Positions 63,356 to 64,000 of a DNA stretch of 64,000 nucleotides are shown here, in pieces. The translations under genes were made by a program, and so were the position numbers. The notes beneath the pieces are model-generated. The model made no database searches and had not been told where the DNA came from. It saw nothing but the letters and a program-made list of their open reading frames with translations. Origin of the DNA: Gemmatimonadales bacterium (GTDB taxonomy: Bacteria; Gemmatimonadota; Gemmatimonadetes; Gemmatimonadales; GWC2-71-9); assembly GCA_038205305.1 (NCBI GenBank), contig JBBRBZ010000003.1, positions 440 through 64,439 on the forward strand, given 5' to 3'. How positions within the stretch are numbered: position 1 is the stretch's first letter; each line of letters begins with the position of its first letter.

Positions 63356-63474
63356 ACGGTGAACGGTGAACGGTGAACGGTGAACGGAACCGAGAACGAA
63401 GTCGGCTGAAGGGTAAAAGGAAGGGGCCATCTTTCTGGCCCCCACCGTTCTCCAATCTCCGTTCTCTGTTCTCC
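63351..63474. repeat. Inverted heptamer-array element with GGTGAAC-type left arm and GTTCTCC-type right arm
   Basis: Left arm is (GGTGAAC)x5 at 63351-63385, decaying to GGAACCGAGAACGAAG. Central perfect 7-bp hairpin GGGGCCA/TGGCCCC at 63423-63442. Right arm 63443-63474 is CACCGTT CTCCAAT CTCCGTT CTCTGTT CTCC. Confidence 0.9.
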
Positions 63475-63478
63475 AGCG

Positions 63479-64000
63479 TTATCGGCCGCAGCTCGGCATG
63501 CTGGGATCTGCTCCGCTGATGGCGGGGCGATCGGCCCGATCGGCGACGGCGGTCATCACGCGGTGGATGAAGCGGCCGAGGCGGGCGGCGTGGTCGTAGT
63601 CGATGTACTGCGGCTCGTCGGTCGGCTGGTGGTAGTCACGCGCGTAGCCGAGCGAGAAGTAGGTGACAGGGATGTTGTGGTTGACGTAGTTGACCTGGTC
63701 GGAGCGGCAGAAGCGGTTGAGCGGGTTGGCCGGGATGTCCCAGGTCTTGTCGATCGCCATCGGTTCGGCGCTGATGGCGTTGACCGAGTCGATGATGTTG
63801 CCAAACTCGTAGGAGAGCCGTCGCGAGCCGAGGGTCTGGACCGACGCCGGGCCACCCATGTCGACGTCGGTGACGCGACCCTTGCCGAGCATATCCATGT
63901 TGTGGGCCGCCACGACCGAATCGAGTGGAATGGTCGGGTGCGCGGTGAACCACGCCGAACCGAGCAGGCCGGCTTCTTCGCCCTGGTGCGAAATGAAGAT
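63479..64000 (-). CDS. M28 family metallopeptidase; N-terminus lies outside the window
   Basis: The frame stays open to the window edge (..ISHQGEEAGLLGSAWFTAHPTIPLDSVVAAHNMDMLG..). Motifs FCRSDQVNYVNHNIPVTYFSLG, DYHQPTDE. Confidence 0.8.
   Translation of the reverse strand: MFISHQGEEAGLLGSAWFTAHPTIPLDSVVAAHNMDMLGKGRVTDVDMGGPASVQTLGSRRLSYEFGNIIDSVNAISAEPMAIDKTWDIPANPLNRFCRSDQVNYVNHNIPVTYFSLGYARDYHQPTDEPQYIDYDHAARLGRFIHRVMTAVADRADRPAISGADPSMPSCGR

Overview
GC-rich (by eye about two-thirds G+C) bacterial chromosomal segment. It is densely packed, with about 68 protein genes, one RNA gene (type-A RNase P RNA, rnpB) and one parS centromere site. I saw no tRNA or rRNA, no transposase, integrase or phage genes, no CRISPR/cas, and no recognisable defence or secondary-metabolite cluster. 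The content is mostly housekeeping:
- ECF transporter operon (S, T and a fused double ATPase) plus a HEAT-repeat gene.
- Convergent sugar-utilisation and sugar-oxidation genes: GH20 hexosaminidase, DUF1080, MFS permease and cutC facing a Tat-exported TIM-barrel isomerase, GMC oxidoreductase with Tat small subunit, and Gfo/Idh/MocA.
- A 17-kb run of minus-strand genes: sufR-sufBCDSU with bacilliredoxin, a NatAB-like ABC exporter, parAB, a Nif3-like gene, two paralogous lipoproteins and others.
- A patatin/Omp85 protein, ferredoxin, RNase D, an MMPL transporter, polA, a GWxTD protein, a Ser/Thr kinase, pyrE, an AraC-type regulator and mtgA.

The one signal I cannot assign to a described class is a family of 7-bp tandem arrays (GGAGAAC, GAGAGAC or GGTGAAC units and their complements) at 12 intergenic loci.
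- Every locus lies within 0-8 nt of a stop codon.
- They are usually inverted purine-arm/pyrimidine-arm pairs.
- Two lie inside the suf operon, and one pair brackets the parS site.

All protein family calls come from motif recognition by eye on the supplied ORF translations. No searches were run, and start codons are my choices within the track ORFs. The GWxTD protein, the Tat-exported sugar oxidation genes and the repeat style remind me of Gemmatimonadota-like soil bacteria, but that is inference only.
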